The notes under the pieces were generated by a model. That model was not told where the DNA came from. It was given only the letters and a program-made list of their open reading frames with translations, and ran no database searches. A stretch of 64,000 nt of DNA from Dehalococcoidia bacterium. Lineage in GTDB: Bacteria; Chloroflexota; Dehalococcoidia; UBA2979. Every line of letters begins with the position of its first letter. Positions within the stretch are counted from its first letter, which is position 1. Below are positions 10,601 through 20,671 of this stretch, in pieces. The stretch is from NCBI GenBank assembly GCA_029247135.1, contig JAQWLS010000009.1, forward strand, positions 1,863 through 65,862. Direction: 5' to 3'. The translations under genes and the position numbers were made by a program.

Positions 10601-11123
10601 TGTTCAGCTATGTGACGCATTTGATATTCCGATTTTAAGTTTGATGGATTGTCCAGGAATGATGGTAGGTCCGGATGTTGAATCTACTGCATTGGTCCGG
10701 CACTGCGTCCGTATGTTTAATGCCGGTGCAAATCTTACAACGCCGATGTTCCTCACAGTTGTTCGCAAGGCCTACGGACTAGGTGTACAAGCTATGTGTG
10801 GTGCTAGCTCCTTTGTAGGATTCTTCTCAGTCGCATGGCCCACAGCAGAATTTGCGGGTATGGCAATTGAAGGGTCTGTAAAACTCGGCTATCGCAAGGA
10901 GCTGGAAGCAATAGAAGATCCAGCTGAACGACTAGCTGAATATCAAGATCGAGTAGATCGTGCATACGAAAGCGCAAAGGCTGTTAACGCTAGCGCTGGT
11001 TATGGCATTGATGACGTAATCGATCCGGCAGATACACGATCGTGGCTTGTCATGGGACTAAATAGTGTCCCCACGCCGCCCGAGCGTACGGAAAAGAAAT
11101 ATCCCTTTATTGATACCTGGTAG
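7686..11123 (+). CDS. Single-chain biotin-dependent acyl-CoA carboxylase (BC-BCCP-CT fusion)
   Basis: KILIANRGEIA, HPGYGFLAEN, RECSVQRR, RLQVEH (BC); EAMKM biotinylation site; DYTVLAGTQG and GGGGRPGD carboxyltransferase motifs; ATGA overlap with upstream gene. Confidence 0.92.
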   Translation: MSFQKILIANRGEIAIRIMRAANDLGIQTVAIYSEDDSTSLHRTIADESFALSGRGVPAYLDMDTIIDGAKEMNCDAVHPGYGFLAENSQFAKKCAEQNLTFIGPEVEHLELFGDKGRARAAATAAGVPILKGIDHSVSLEEAQEFYSSLGADAGMMIKAVAGGGGRGSRAVTDALEIEEAYKRCQSEATSAFGNGELYVEEFIQQARHIEVQILGDKNGNIINLGERECSVQRRYQKIVEIAPAPHLPERLRDDIIEAAQRLAQSVNYSNLGTFEFLVNTDASDGGDPFSFIEANARLQVEHTVTEAVTGVDIVQTQIELAGGTLLAELGLDDPDIGVPRGFAIQARINMETLGVDGTVRPAGGTLRSYDAPNGPGVRTDGFGYAGYTTSPMFDSLLAKVITHSPSNKFKTAVQRSLRALSEFRIEGVATNIPFLMNVLTNTDFIDGSVHTRWVDEKIADLAIADTESQQKRWIESAEAPVPVAAGQQASPLTGTAPVMVDTSDPLALFSYDRQVKEAEKVELPAEDPGASLIGPDGSIGVGAPIQGTIIQISVSEGDSIRMGQEMLIMEAMKMEHVIKADVSGIVKKINVEPGDIIVEGHPLIFVEEGELDEASFEEEEAIDLDYIRPDLEEAYARHAFTLDENRPEAVAKRYGRGYRMPRENIAQLVDEGTFKEYGPLVVARQHQRFSSEELRKNTPADGLVSGIGSVNGKHFSPEQARTMVISYDYTVLAGTQGGRNHYKQDRMFELAQRFKIPLVFFTEGGGGRPGDDRIGPGVAFDTHTFTQFSQLSGWIPLVGITNGRCFAGNTALLACCDVIIATEGSTVAMGGPAMVESGGLGVYTPEELGPMSFQVPNGVVDILVKDEEEAVDVAKKYLSYFQGPIDEWEAPDQRPLRHIVPENRKQLYDMREVINTIADKDSVLEIREKFGIGIITAFMRIEGKPMAVIANNPHHIAGAIDSDGADKGARFVQLCDAFDIPILSLMDCPGMMVGPDVESTALVRHCVRMFNAGANLTTPMFLTVVRKAYGLGVQAMCGASSFVGFFSVAWPTAEFAGMAIEGSVKLGYRKELEAIEDPAERLAEYQDRVDRAYESAKAVNASAGYGIDDVIDPADTRSWLVMGLNSVPTPPERTEKKYPFIDTW

Positions 11124-11142
11124 AGATTACCTAGTAGTCTCT

Positions 11143-12744
11143 TTAATCAAGGTATTGATAGGCTGGAATCGTAAGAAAATCGACGAACTCGTCGCTGAGA
11201 ACCAATCGATCTAATATTTCCGCCGCGTCATCAAAATGCTGATTTTGTTCGATATTGAGAATCGCAAGCTCTTGAGTCCGAAGCTCTGAATATAAATCCG
11301 AAGTAATAATTCGGCCATCATCGAGCGGCACAGCATGAATAATCCACTGCCAAAGCTGCGCGCGACTGATTTCAGCGGTTGCAGCATCCTCCATCAGATT
11401 ATTAATCGCAGCCGCCCCGTTGCCACTTAACCATTGATTTATATATTGCAGAGCTACCGAAATATTGAGCCGAACCCCCGCTTCAGTTGTGTCCCCCTCA
11501 GTGAGATTCGCTCCGCTCAGCGCTGCAGCATCAGCCAACACATCATCGCGTTGCCTATCCTTCTGATTATCGTTCTCCCCAAGTACCTGTTGAAACGAGG
11601 CTCGCGCAGTTGGTTCAAGATCAGGGTGTGCTATCCAAGTACCATCAAATCCATTTTGTGACTCTCTGTCTTTATCGGCCTTCACTGCCGCGAGTGCCAT
11701 CTCGTTCAACTCTGCATCTCTTCGGCTAGGAATAAATGCAGACATCCCGCCCATCGCATGAGCTCCGCGCCGATGGCAAGTCTTTACAAGTAAATCTGTA
11801 TATGCGCTCATAAACGGAACAGTCATCCCAATTTGAGCTCGGTCTGGAAGGGCAAACTCACGACGATTTCTAAATCTCTTAATCACACTAAAAATATAAT
11901 CCCAGCGACCCGCATTTAAGCCTGAGATATGCTCTCGTAACTCAAAAAGAATTTCGTCCATCTCATAGGCAGCCGTGATAGTTTCAATCAAAACAGTAGC
12001 CCGTATTGAACCACGACTGATACCTAATTTATCCTGACTGAAATTGAATACACTGTTCCATAACCTAGCCTCTAAATGCCCTTCTAACTTGGCTAAATAG
12101 AAATACGGACCAGTGTTTCGTGCGAGTCGCTCTTCAGCATTGTGAAATAAATAAAGTCCCGCATCGAAAAGTGCCGCCGAACATGGATTCCCATCTACGA
12201 ACAGATGCTTTTCCTCTAAGTGCCAACCACGAGGTCGAACAATGAGCGTGACGTCATCCTTAATCAGTTTGTAAGACTTACCGTTAGGTTCGTCCAAAAT
12301 CATGTCCCCACGAACTGCATCAGCAAGATTAATCTGAGCTTCAACCACATTTTCCCAAGTGGGTGAAAGTGAATCCTCCAGATCTGCCATAAACGCGTCT
12401 GCAGCAGAATTAAGTGCGTTAATCATCATTTTTCTATCGCACGGGCCTGTGATCTCAACCCAACGCTTCTCTAAATCTTCAGGGCAATCAGCTACAACCC
12501 AATCACTCTCACGAATACCAATAGTCTCACTCAAAAAATCAGGTAACTCACCAGTGTCAAACTCATGCTGACGTGTAATACGCGCCTCCAAAAGCTCAAG
12601 CCGAGCACTATTGAACTCGCGTTGCAAAGATGCAATGAATTTCAGGGCATCAACACTTAATATATTCTTCCATTTATCAGGAAAAATACCTCTAATCTCA
12701 ATTCCTTCAGCTATTTCTTGAATCAATGGACTTGAATTGGACAT
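11143..12744 (-). CDS. aceB: Malate synthase A
   Basis: [48 protein letters not shown]. Confidence 0.96.
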   Translation of the reverse strand: MSNSSPLIQEIAEGIEIRGIFPDKWKNILSVDALKFIASLQREFNSARLELLEARITRQHEFDTGELPDFLSETIGIRESDWVVADCPEDLEKRWVEITGPCDRKMMINALNSAADAFMADLEDSLSPTWENVVEAQINLADAVRGDMILDEPNGKSYKLIKDDVTLIVRPRGWHLEEKHLFVDGNPCSAALFDAGLYLFHNAEERLARNTGPYFYLAKLEGHLEARLWNSVFNFSQDKLGISRGSIRATVLIETITAAYEMDEILFELREHISGLNAGRWDYIFSVIKRFRNRREFALPDRAQIGMTVPFMSAYTDLLVKTCHRRGAHAMGGMSAFIPSRRDAELNEMALAAVKADKDRESQNGFDGTWIAHPDLEPTARASFQQVLGENDNQKDRQRDDVLADAAALSGANLTEGDTTEAGVRLNISVALQYINQWLSGNGAAAINNLMEDAATAEISRAQLWQWIIHAVPLDDGRIITSDLYSELRTQELAILNIEQNQHFDDAAEILDRLVLSDEFVDFLTIPAYQYLD

Positions 12745-12847
12745 ATAGAACCTCGTGTACTTAAAGGGCAGATAATTTCAACCCGACAGAGAGTAACAAA
12801 TTTTACAAAGGCTGTCAGTTAGATAACTCGATTACCGAATAAACTAC

Positions 12848-13120
12848 TTAACCTCCACCAAGTGGCGGCACCAAATAGATATCACTATCAGCAGCAACGG
12901 TTTCTGTTAACCCCCTCGAATCCAGAATCGAACCATCGATGGCAACAGCAAGATCTGATCTCAAACCATCTGAGGTAATAATCTGTGCAGTCAGTTCCGG
13001 ACAGATAGCTTCAAGATTTCTGAAAACTTCCCTCAAAGTAGTTCCTGTCACCTCCACAGAATCACGCATTTCACAAAAAGTTCGTAACGCGTTAGGAAGG
13101 TGAATAATCGGCATAAACAC
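12848..13120 (-). CDS. MoaD/ThiS family sulfur-carrier (ubiquitin-like) protein
   Basis: About 90 aa, C-terminal VPPLGGG. Confidence 0.85.
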   Translation of the reverse strand: MFMPIIHLPNALRTFCEMRDSVEVTGTTLREVFRNLEAICPELTAQIITSDGLRSDLAVAIDGSILDSRGLTETVAADSDIYLVPPLGGG

Positions 13121-13130
13121 TCAAAAATTC

Positions 13131-15416
13131 TTAGGACTCAAGCTCAGCTAACTCTCTGAGAATACTCTCAGGATTGGCCGGAAGGCTACTGACCCGAATA
13201 CCAACAGCATCATAGATTGCGTTCGCAATAGCTGCTAATGGAGGGACAATCGGCACCTCTCCGACTCCTCGAACTCCAAACGGATGTCCGGGATTTGGAA
13301 CTTCAACCAGCACCGTGTCGATCGCTGGAAGGTCATTTGCAACCGGCATTCGATAATCAAGAAAAGATGAATTAGCCATCGACCCATCATCGTTATATAC
13401 ATACTCCTCGTTCAGTGCCATACCTATACCCTGCACAGCGCCACCTTGTATCTGGCCCTCAACATACGCGGGATGAATTGCTCGCCCCACATCCTGAATA
13501 GCCGTATATCTAAGCACCGTCACCTTGCCAGTATCTCTATCGACATGGACATCAGCGATATGTGCGCCAAAACACGCGCCGACTTTACCAACATTCGTGG
13601 ATACGAGATCTGCCCGTCCCTGTACCATTCCACCAGTTGCTGGAAGTTTTGCGGCCGCATCCTTAAAGGTCATCACAAGATCGCCTGGTCCATGCAAAGA
13701 CGCATCTATCGGGCTGTAATTTACATCATCAACTGATACTTCCCATATTTTTGCGATCCGTTCCTCGAGCTGGTTGCTGATATCCACGGCAGCTTGGTAG
13801 ACCGCCCAGCCGGTGGCAAAAGTCGTCCGACTCCCACCAGTATTACCGGTATAACCGATTGTGTCGGTATCCCCCACAAGGGAATTAATATCTTCGTAGT
13901 TAATGCCAAGAGTGTCCGCAAATTGCATTGCCAGTGAAGCTCTCTGACCTCCGATATCCACTGAGCCCGTAATGAGCGTTACCTTGCCATCCTCATGAAC
14001 ATTGGCATATGCGCTTGACTCGCCCCCGCCATTTTGCCAAAAACCCATAGCGACCCCACGACCCACGTCTTTTTGAGTTATTTCCGCACGATAATGTGGG
14101 TGTTCACTTGTGGTGGTAATTACCTCACGAGATCCTACGGATCCATGCGTTGCACCATCACTTCTGCGGTCGCCTTCAACAGCGGCATTCATATCACGAA
14201 GCTCCATGGGATCAATATCAAGCATCTCAGCCAATTCATCCAACACAGCCTCAACCGCAAATTCTGAAGCAGGTGCGCCTGGAGCACGATATGCAGCCGT
14301 CTTCGGTCGATTGAGCACGATATCCAATCCAAGTATTCGCTGATGGGGAACAACATACGGACCTAGGGCACATCGTGCTCCGCCAGCCACAGGCGATCCC
14401 GGATAGGCGCCTGCCTCGTACTCTAATCGAATGTCGGCTGCTACTATTTTACCTTCACGCGTAGCACCGATTTTCACAAACGATCGGGTACCAGATGTGG
14501 GTCCTGTGGCCTCCAACACCTCAGTTCTATTCATGGTTACTTGGACAGGTCGACCAGATTTACGCGATAAAAGGGCCGCTATTGGTTCTAAATAGACAAC
14601 GGTCTTACCTCCGAAGCCTCCACCAATTTCAGCAGGAATAACTCGCAAGTCACCTAAACTTATACCAAGCACCCGACTCACATTCTGTCTGATGCCAAAG
14701 GCACCTTGCGTACTTGTCCAGAGTGTTATCTTTCCGTCCTGATTCCAAATCGCTGTGGCATTGTGGGTCTCTATATATCCCTGATGACTCATCGCGGTCT
14801 CGTATACTCGTTCCAGCACCACTTCAGCTTGAGAAAATCCCTCCTCAATATCACCGAATCCCATTTCAACGGTTCTGGCGATATTTGACGGCCTGCCATC
14901 GACTGGTTGAAATAAATCTTCTACAAGAGAATCAAGTCCATCATCGTGAAGAATTGGAGCGTCAGGTGCGAGAGCGTCATCAATAGTCACAACTGGCGGT
15001 AGTACTTCGTACTCTACCTCAATCAGATCAAGTGCATCCTCAGCTATATGCACGTCGGTAGCAGCTATCGCAGCAACCGGATGCCCCTTGAACAGGACCT
15101 TACGGCGCGCCATCAGCCTTTCAATGTCCCACTGTGCCGGCATTGGTCCACGCAAAGTCTGTAATATGGCTTCAACAGGCTCGGGGAAATCGTCACTGGT
15201 TACAACGGCCAGCACACCTGGAAGCGCCAGGGCTTTCGAAACATCAATATTCTTAATAATTGCATGCGCATGGGGGCTTCGCTTGACTCGGCCGACAATC
15301 ATATTTGGTAATCGCACGTCCGCACCGTATATGGCTCGACCCGTGACTTTATCAATTCCATCCGGTCGCACCGTATTTGTTCCTACTGACGAAATTTTTG
15401 GCTCTAACATAGTCAT
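13131..15416 (-). CDS. Xanthine dehydrogenase family molybdopterin-binding (large) subunit
   Basis: RPDGIDKVTGRAIYG, RSPHAHA, IGGGFGGK, AYRAPG, EGQIQGG, RGVGE; start chosen at ATG 15416 by RBS spacing. Confidence 0.92.
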   Translation of the reverse strand: MTMLEPKISSVGTNTVRPDGIDKVTGRAIYGADVRLPNMIVGRVKRSPHAHAIIKNIDVSKALALPGVLAVVTSDDFPEPVEAILQTLRGPMPAQWDIERLMARRKVLFKGHPVAAIAATDVHIAEDALDLIEVEYEVLPPVVTIDDALAPDAPILHDDGLDSLVEDLFQPVDGRPSNIARTVEMGFGDIEEGFSQAEVVLERVYETAMSHQGYIETHNATAIWNQDGKITLWTSTQGAFGIRQNVSRVLGISLGDLRVIPAEIGGGFGGKTVVYLEPIAALLSRKSGRPVQVTMNRTEVLEATGPTSGTRSFVKIGATREGKIVAADIRLEYEAGAYPGSPVAGGARCALGPYVVPHQRILGLDIVLNRPKTAAYRAPGAPASEFAVEAVLDELAEMLDIDPMELRDMNAAVEGDRRSDGATHGSVGSREVITTTSEHPHYRAEITQKDVGRGVAMGFWQNGGGESSAYANVHEDGKVTLITGSVDIGGQRASLAMQFADTLGINYEDINSLVGDTDTIGYTGNTGGSRTTFATGWAVYQAAVDISNQLEERIAKIWEVSVDDVNYSPIDASLHGPGDLVMTFKDAAAKLPATGGMVQGRADLVSTNVGKVGACFGAHIADVHVDRDTGKVTVLRYTAIQDVGRAIHPAYVEGQIQGGAVQGIGMALNEEYVYNDDGSMANSSFLDYRMPVANDLPAIDTVLVEVPNPGHPFGVRGVGEVPIVPPLAAIANAIYDAVGIRVSSLPANPESILRELAELES

Positions 15417-15527
15417 CTGCATTACTTCCTTAAAATACGATGGCATCTCTGAATTTGTTTAATACACTTGGAATCATAGCAAATCATTTAATTTATTAGA
15501 GAGATTAGAAAATAATTTACTGTGGGA

Positions 15528-16487
15528 CTAAACCTGTTTCGAACAACGAAACCCGACGTTACTAGCTGTGCTATCAGGAGAAACGCCAACCCGAGCAGCT
15601 GGCCGATACCTTGCACAATAGCTGGCATGACACAAAAAAGATCCGCCTTTTTGTACTCTTAAGTTCCCTGTAGCTGGGCCCGTGGGGTCAACTGCAGGAG
15701 ATAGGCTTGAGTCTGCAAACCCGAACCAGTCAGCACACCACTCCCAAACATTACCGGTCATATTATGAAGACCATACCCATTTTTCGGAAAATGATCAGA
15801 GGGACAGGTCCCATACCACCCATCGTCTTCCGTATTACGTGTCGGGAAAACACCCTGCCACGTGTTAGATAGATACTTACCATCCGGATTTAACTCATCA
15901 CCCCACGGAAATAAAGCTCCATCTAATCCACCTCGCGCAGCGTATTCCCAAGAAGCTTCCGAAGGTAATTCTTTCCCTAACCAACTCGCATAGGCCACTG
16001 CATCAAACCAACTGACGTGCACGACAGGATGCTCCATGCGATCCCTCAGAGTGCTGTGTGGACCCTCAGGATGCTGCCAGGTAGCCTTAAAAACCTGTCG
16101 CCACCAAGGTGCATCGGCCACCCCTCGCGTGGGCTCGAAGTCATCAGGAAGCAATCCAGCAAAAACAAATGACCAATCTCGTTGTTCTGCCGTCGTGATA
16201 TATCCAGTCGTATCGATAAACGACATAAAATCACCGTTCGTCACGGTATAGGTATCCAATAAAAATTCCGAAACGGAAACAGACCGAACTGGACCTTCTC
16301 CATCAGCCGCATAAGACATGGGATCCTCTGAGCCCATACGAAACACTCCGCCAGATATTAGTGCCATCTGAGTTCGTGAATCTTCGGATGAACTTGAGCG
16401 ATTAATCACCTGCTGACTAGGTGAAATAATCTGATCGAAAACGCCTTCATCAAGATTTGGCACACAACATGGACACTTTTCAGCCAT
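15528..16487 (-). CDS. Formylglycine-generating enzyme (SUMF1/FGE)
   Basis: HPVVHVSW, LPSEASWEYAARGG, NMTGNVWEW, KGGSFLCHASYCARYRPAAR (both Cu-binding Cys), GFRC. Confidence 0.9.
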   Translation of the reverse strand: MAEKCPCCVPNLDEGVFDQIISPSQQVINRSSSSEDSRTQMALISGGVFRMGSEDPMSYAADGEGPVRSVSVSEFLLDTYTVTNGDFMSFIDTTGYITTAEQRDWSFVFAGLLPDDFEPTRGVADAPWWRQVFKATWQHPEGPHSTLRDRMEHPVVHVSWFDAVAYASWLGKELPSEASWEYAARGGLDGALFPWGDELNPDGKYLSNTWQGVFPTRNTEDDGWYGTCPSDHFPKNGYGLHNMTGNVWEWCADWFGFADSSLSPAVDPTGPATGNLRVQKGGSFLCHASYCARYRPAARVGVSPDSTASNVGFRCSKQV

Positions 16488-16626
16488 CAGTCATCAATCT
16501 TCTACGCATTCAATGATTATCCCACGAGTCAACCCGAGTATACGGTGACAAAGTCCATCAATTAGCCCTTACACTTACCCACACTAAACTAAACCTTCTA
16601 TACATATCAAGGACCTATCCAGCTAA

Positions 16627-17172
16627 ATGAACACAAATGATGACTTATACAAATTCCTGCTTTCGCTGGGCACCGATGAGGTAGCTCACACAGGCGGAGA
16701 TTTTTTACATCACCTGCAATCGGTTCAAAATTTGCTCGAGGACAACGGGGCGGATTTGGATATGAGCCGAGCCGGCCTGTTTCATTCAATCTATGGAACG
16801 CAGGGCTTTCAAGACTTTTCATTACCGCTGAGCGAACGAACCGTGATTAAAAATCTCATAGGTGAGCGCGCCGAATTTGTTGCGTTCTGCAATTGCGTGA
16901 TGAATCGTGCGACATTTGATGAAGCTCTAGCGCAGGCAGTAACCAACGGTGACTCTTTCACTATTGAAAACCGTGAGGACAAGAGTTCCATCGAGCTTGA
17001 TCGCAGTCAACTAATAGATTTAAGTGAGGTTCATCTCTTTGACTGGTTAGAACAGGTCAAACGAAGTGAAAGAGGCTGGAACTACAGACGAACTGCATAT
17101 AAAAATATGGCGCGACTTGTCGGCACACGTGCGACCGATCTCTATGAGCAGGTATTCGCTGACGAAACTTAA
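16627..17172 (+). CDS. HD-like domain protein (DUF6817-like)
   Basis: AHTGGDFLHHL...AGLFHSIYGT...LIGERAE pattern. Confidence 0.65.
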   Translation: MNTNDDLYKFLLSLGTDEVAHTGGDFLHHLQSVQNLLEDNGADLDMSRAGLFHSIYGTQGFQDFSLPLSERTVIKNLIGERAEFVAFCNCVMNRATFDEALAQAVTNGDSFTIENREDKSSIELDRSQLIDLSEVHLFDWLEQVKRSERGWNYRRTAYKNMARLVGTRATDLYEQVFADET

Positions 17173-17196
17173 TCACATGTAGTAAGGGGCAGTAAT

Positions 17197-18042
17197 ATGA
17201 CAACCACACCTGGAACTGAAATAGTTGAACTCAGCACCGGAGTCTACGCAAGACTACACGCGGGCCTGACAAATGCTGGAATTATTATTGGAGATAACGG
17301 CGTCCTTGTGATCGACTCCCTACGGGTGCCTTCGTTCGCACGTGATCTTATTCAGGACGTACGTCACGTTACTGACAAACCCATACAATACGTGGTAGAC
17401 ACCCACTCCCACTGGGATCATGCCTGGGGTAACGAAGAATTTCCAGATGCAACCATAATCGCTCACTCCAACGCGCGGAAAGAAATGCTAGATGTTGAAT
17501 GGAATAGGCAATGGCGGGAAAAAGTAGTCTCAGCAGGTGATCCTTGGTCTGAAGAAGCAAAACTCGTCAACATAACTCCACCTGATCTAACCTTTGAAAA
17601 TACGATGCAACTTTATTTTGGGGGTAGGGAAATCAATCTCGTCTATCTAGGTAAAGCACACACGAGTGGCGATATATTTATCCATTTACCAGAAGAAAAA
17701 ATTCTCTTTACAGGTGACGTAGCCCAAGATGGCGGTATTCCTTTTCTCGGTGATAGCTATCCCTCGGACTGGTTATCTACTGACGACAGACTTATAGAAA
17801 TAGAATCTGATCGATTCGTGTCCGGCCATGGACCAATAGGAAACCATGCTGCTCTGGTAGACGCCCGAGATTTTATTCATGAACTGGTTGGTAACGTCAT
17901 GACCTCGATAGCAGAAAATGAGCCTCAAGACTCAGCATCAAATACGGTGGTGACAAAGATGCAATATCGTTTTGGTCATTGGAGAGGCTTTGAAAGCCTC
18001 GCTGACAAAGTACCTGAGGTGTATCACAAACTGAATGTTTAG
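17197..18042 (+). CDS. MBL-fold metallo-hydrolase (cyclase-like)
   Basis: THSHWDH, AHTSGD, FTGD, SGHG metal-binding motifs. Confidence 0.9.
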   Translation: MTTTPGTEIVELSTGVYARLHAGLTNAGIIIGDNGVLVIDSLRVPSFARDLIQDVRHVTDKPIQYVVDTHSHWDHAWGNEEFPDATIIAHSNARKEMLDVEWNRQWREKVVSAGDPWSEEAKLVNITPPDLTFENTMQLYFGGREINLVYLGKAHTSGDIFIHLPEEKILFTGDVAQDGGIPFLGDSYPSDWLSTDDRLIEIESDRFVSGHGPIGNHAALVDARDFIHELVGNVMTSIAENEPQDSASNTVVTKMQYRFGHWRGFESLADKVPEVYHKLNV

Positions 18043-18075
18043 AGAAATGTATAGTCAAATCGAGGTGAAATAATT

Positions 18076-18960
18076 ATGGATAATTTTGAAGACAAGGTAG
18101 CGGTAATCACTGGTGCCGCCTCAGGTATGGGACTGGCTTTTGCGAGGCGTTTTGGACAAGAGGGAATGAAGGTCGTGCTAACCGACGTAGAAGAAGATGC
18201 CCTTAATGCTGCCACTCAGGCGCTCAAGCAGGAAGAACTCGATGTGATTGGGGTTCAAGCGAATGTTGCCAACCTTGATGAAGTTCAGTCTCTTGCTGAC
18301 ACAGCTATGAAGGAGTTTGGTCGAGTTGACATACTTTGCAATAACGCGGGCGTTGCAGGAGACCTCGATTTTGTCGGGCAACGTAACCAGCCACTATGGG
18401 AACAGTCACCTGAACTTTGGAACTGGACGTTTGGAGTGAACGTAACGGGCGTTTTGAATGGAATTCGTACGTTCCTCCCTATTATGTTGTCACAGAATGA
18501 GCCTGGTCATGTAGTAAATACTGCTTCAATGGCAGGGCTCTTAGGAGGTTCAAGCGCAGGAATTTATGGTGCAACCAAACATGCAGTCGTCAGAATTACA
18601 GAAGCTCTCTATTTCCAACTAATGGAAGCGGAGTCAAAAATACACGCCTCCGTGTTATGCCCAGGCATTATAAATACACGTATTTTCTCTTCAGGTAGAA
18701 ATCGACCGGATATATTTTGGACTACCGACGAAAAACCCGACGAAAGTGACACTGGCGCACGTATCGACGCAGGTGATCAATTTTTCGCTCATGGCTTACC
18801 GCCTGAAAGCGTCGCGGATCAACTTCTCGAATCGATCAAAAATAATCAGTTTTGGGTATTGACTCCTGACGTACCACTTGAGCGAATATCAATTAGACAT
18901 CAACACATTATCGACCAAACAAACCCAAGTCAGTTGCCTCCTCTGACTCCAATAAATTGA
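18076..18960 (+). CDS. SDR family NAD(P)-dependent oxidoreductase
   Basis: TGAASGMG, NNAG, YGATK catalytic motif, LCPG. Confidence 0.93.
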   Translation: MDNFEDKVAVITGAASGMGLAFARRFGQEGMKVVLTDVEEDALNAATQALKQEELDVIGVQANVANLDEVQSLADTAMKEFGRVDILCNNAGVAGDLDFVGQRNQPLWEQSPELWNWTFGVNVTGVLNGIRTFLPIMLSQNEPGHVVNTASMAGLLGGSSAGIYGATKHAVVRITEALYFQLMEAESKIHASVLCPGIINTRIFSSGRNRPDIFWTTDEKPDESDTGARIDAGDQFFAHGLPPESVADQLLESIKNNQFWVLTPDVPLERISIRHQHIIDQTNPSQLPPLTPIN

Positions 18961-19008
18961 AGTTTTAAAAAATACTGTCGACTATTTAAGGGTTTGACTG
19001 CCTGCTCA

Positions 19009-20637
19009 TCAAATTAGGTGGCTAGTTGATGCACCCGATAACCAAGTATCGATTATTGGTATTGCATTTAATTGATTAGGGTTCACATGGAAGGGATCCT
19101 GACCAAGAATCGTAAAGTCCGCCAACTTTCCAATTTCCAGACTTCCTATCTGATCATCAATACCTAACTGCCATGCTGCATCGATCGTGACGGCTCGCAA
19201 GGCGTCTTTAAGATCTAATTTTTCAGGCTCATTGATAACTTCACCCGTCACTGCCATTCGAGTCACTGCAGTCTGCACCAAATCCAAAGGATTTGGCGGA
19301 AACATCGGTGAATCAGCGTGCAAGGAAATTCGAATTCCCGCTTCCTGGGCAGTTCGAGCGGGCATTAAATATTGAGATCGCTCGTATCCGATAATTTCGT
19401 CCCGGAGTCGCTGACCATAATATTTAATGTGATTCATATGAAAACTTATTGAGATTCCCAAATCAGCTGCCCGGCTGATCTCGTCTTTCTCCATCAGAGC
19501 ACTATGCTCGATTCGATGACGATGCACTTTGTTAGGAGAATTCTTCAGCACTCGTTCAAACGTATCAAGGACCTCACGGGTTGCCCTGTCCCCCTGTGCA
19601 TGCACCAATATCTGGACGCCTCGATCATGAAGCCCGTTCACAAGTTGATAAAAATCATCTAACTCCCAATTAGCCCGACCAGTTGAGTTTGTCGCTATGC
19701 CCAGACCTTCGGTGGTCAATTCACTATTCAAATAGGGTTGATCCAACAACATGGTCCCTGTGTATGGAGAACCGTCATACCAGAGCTTCACTCCACTAAT
19801 ACCAAACATGTTATTTGAAGAGAATTTGGGTAAATTGTGATTATCAATATCCATGTGCCGTAAATACACGGCATTACGAATCCTAAGTCGATCGGCCTTG
19901 GTTTCATTCTCGTAGAGTGCGACTGTTTCCTCATCCCTGAAGAAGAGTCCCGCAGATCCGATTGTGGTGATACCTACCGACCTATATCGATCGTACTGTT
20001 TAGAAAGGTTATTAGATCGCGTCTTGACTGAGTCATCAAAAAATCTCAAAAATGGTCTCATCGCTGGAGATTCTTCAATCTTTCCAGTCAAACGACCAGT
20101 CTGATCTCGCACATATTCACCACCGAATCGAGCGGGTTCGCTTGACTCATCTATCCCCGCCTCGGAGAAAGCTAAGGAATTCACAAACAACGTATGCATA
20201 CTTTGAGTCATCACAGCAATGGGATTTTCTGGTGCAATCTGGTCAAGTTGATCCCGAGTCAGACCAGTCAAATCGGGGAAAATTACCGGGTCATAGCCAA
20301 AAGCGAATATCCATTCGCCGTTTGGAACTTTGCTAATGGATTTACGAAGAGCGTTCATCACCTCAACTGAGGTTTGGTGTGAAAAACCACTAATATCAAC
20401 CCATGAATACATTTGAGCACAAAGGTCGGGATGAGTGTGGGGCTCGATGAAACCAGGGAACACTGTGCAGTCTAAAAAACTATGTGTCGCCGTATCGGGT
20501 CCCTGCATAGATTGCAGATCAGTGCCCACTGCAAGAATTACTCCATCTTTTATTGCCACAGATGTAACTATCGAATCAGATAAATCCATAGTAATTATCT
20601 GCCTGGCACTAATAATCGTGTCCGCATAAATAGGCAT
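19009..20637 (-). CDS. Amidohydrolase (YtcJ-like, amidohydrolase_3)
   Basis: PGFIEPHTH, KLWYDGS, VHAQGD, HRIEH, HADSP, GSLEIGKLADF. Confidence 0.9.
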   Translation of the reverse strand: MPIYADTIISARQIITMDLSDSIVTSVAIKDGVILAVGTDLQSMQGPDTATHSFLDCTVFPGFIEPHTHPDLCAQMYSWVDISGFSHQTSVEVMNALRKSISKVPNGEWIFAFGYDPVIFPDLTGLTRDQLDQIAPENPIAVMTQSMHTLFVNSLAFSEAGIDESSEPARFGGEYVRDQTGRLTGKIEESPAMRPFLRFFDDSVKTRSNNLSKQYDRYRSVGITTIGSAGLFFRDEETVALYENETKADRLRIRNAVYLRHMDIDNHNLPKFSSNNMFGISGVKLWYDGSPYTGTMLLDQPYLNSELTTEGLGIATNSTGRANWELDDFYQLVNGLHDRGVQILVHAQGDRATREVLDTFERVLKNSPNKVHRHRIEHSALMEKDEISRAADLGISISFHMNHIKYYGQRLRDEIIGYERSQYLMPARTAQEAGIRISLHADSPMFPPNPLDLVQTAVTRMAVTGEVINEPEKLDLKDALRAVTIDAAWQLGIDDQIGSLEIGKLADFTILGQDPFHVNPNQLNAIPIIDTWLSGASTSHLI

Positions 20638-20671
20638 AAATCTGAGTCCTAGTGGAAACTGAATGTAATAG

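Noticed and set aside
11143..12744. Complete glyoxylate shunt locus
   Set aside because: Only malate synthase is present; there is no isocitrate lyase in the window.
13131..15416. Aerobic CO dehydrogenase CoxL
   Set aside because: The active-site loop is AYRAPG, not AYxCSFR (form I) or AYRGAGR (form II), and there is no coxSM adjacent.
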